A stretch of DNA of 64,000 nucleotides from Gemmatimonadaceae bacterium (GTDB lineage Bacteria > Gemmatimonadota > Gemmatimonadetes > Gemmatimonadales > Gemmatimonadaceae): the NCBI GenBank assembly GCA_046589725.1, contig JBKJUW010000030.1, positions 92 to 64,091 on the forward strand, read 5' to 3'. Both the position numbers and the translations under genes were made by a program. The notes under the pieces were generated by a model. It ran no database searches. It had not been told where the DNA came from and saw only the letters and a program-made list of their open reading frames with translations. The first letter of the stretch is position 1; every line of letters begins with the position of its first letter. Below, in pieces: positions 63,500 through 64,000 of this stretch.

Positions 63500-64000
63500 C
63501 TACAGGGCACCTGCCTTGCGCTGCTGCGCGATGTAGTCGGACGTGCGGTACGCGAGCGCGAGGATCGTCCAGGTGGGATTCTTGTCGGCCTGGGTGACGA
63601 ACGGCCCACCATCGGCGACGAAGAGATTCTTGCAGTCGTGCGCCTGGCAGTTCGCATTGAGCACCGAGTTCTTCGGGTCGTTGCCCATCTGCACACAGCC
63701 GAGTTCGTGAATGATCGAGCCGCCGGTGCTGAGGCCGTAGCCCTGCTCCTTCGTCGGCATGGGACTGTTCACGACCCCGCCCATCTCGGCGATCAGCGAC
63801 CGGAAAGTTTCCTGCATGTGCTTGGACTGGTTGTACTCGTAGTCGCTCCACTTCCAGTGGAAGCGCAGCACCGGGATGCCGAACTGGTCGACCATCGTTG
63901 GGTCGATCTCGCAGTAGCAGTTCTCGTTGGGGATCTGCTCGCCGCGTCCCGAGAAGCCGATGTTGGCGCCGTAGTAGCGGCGGTAGTCGTCCTTGAGCGA
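63500..64000 (-). CDS. GMC-family oxidoreductase, C-terminal part (5' end outside window)
   Basis: ...HELGCVQMGNDPKNSVLNANCQAHDCKNLFVADGGPFVTQADKNPTWTILALAYR is the GMC C-terminal active-site region. The frame stays open to the window edge. Confidence 0.85.
   Translation of the reverse strand, partial: SLKDDYRRYYGANIGFSGRGEQIPNENCYCEIDPTMVDQFGIPVLRFHWKWSDYEYNQSKHMQETFRSLIAEMGGVVNSPMPTKEQGYGLSTGGSIIHELGCVQMGNDPKNSVLNANCQAHDCKNLFVADGGPFVTQADKNPTWTILALAYRTSDYIAQQRKAGAL

Overview
High-GC (about two-thirds G+C by eye) bacterial chromosomal segment, densely coding on both strands, with about 60 supportable protein genes. The content is an ADOP-type duplicated FtsX permease, many secreted peptidases (three M28, M24, M56, a large zincin), HEAT-repeat proteins and a GMC oxidoreductase pair. 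This suggests a soil Gemmatimonadota/Acidobacteriota-like organism, which is inference only. I recognised no rRNA, tRNA, CRISPR array or intact mobile element. Most of the window is ordinary housekeeping and scavenging metabolism. The parts that deserve a second look are listed here. (1) A BlaI / M56 BlaR1-type operon whose sensor domain is a HEAT-repeat array. It is followed by a secreted HEAT paralogue, and both proteins end in the same PWPWPWPxPRPFP tail. (2) A dispersed palindromic repeat family with a 19-nt core, present 11 times at six intergenic loci. (3) Two other structured intergenic elements: inverted arrays of roughly 10-bp-phased CGCGAATC repeats around an AT-rich core, and a 263-bp GTCTGAC-module palindrome. 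(4) A low-GC Fic gene inserted between a GMC oxidoreductase and its subunit-3 partner. (5) A decayed purine-catabolism cluster with uricase, allantoicase and aldolase-like remnants. (6) A low-GC scar at the left edge with an IS110 fragment abutting a truncated toxin. (7) An ECF sigma / YHYH / SCO / Met-rich locus that looks copper- or envelope-related. All functional calls come from motif recognition by eye in the supplied translations. No database search was run. Start codons that I moved from the ORF track are noted in the evidence.
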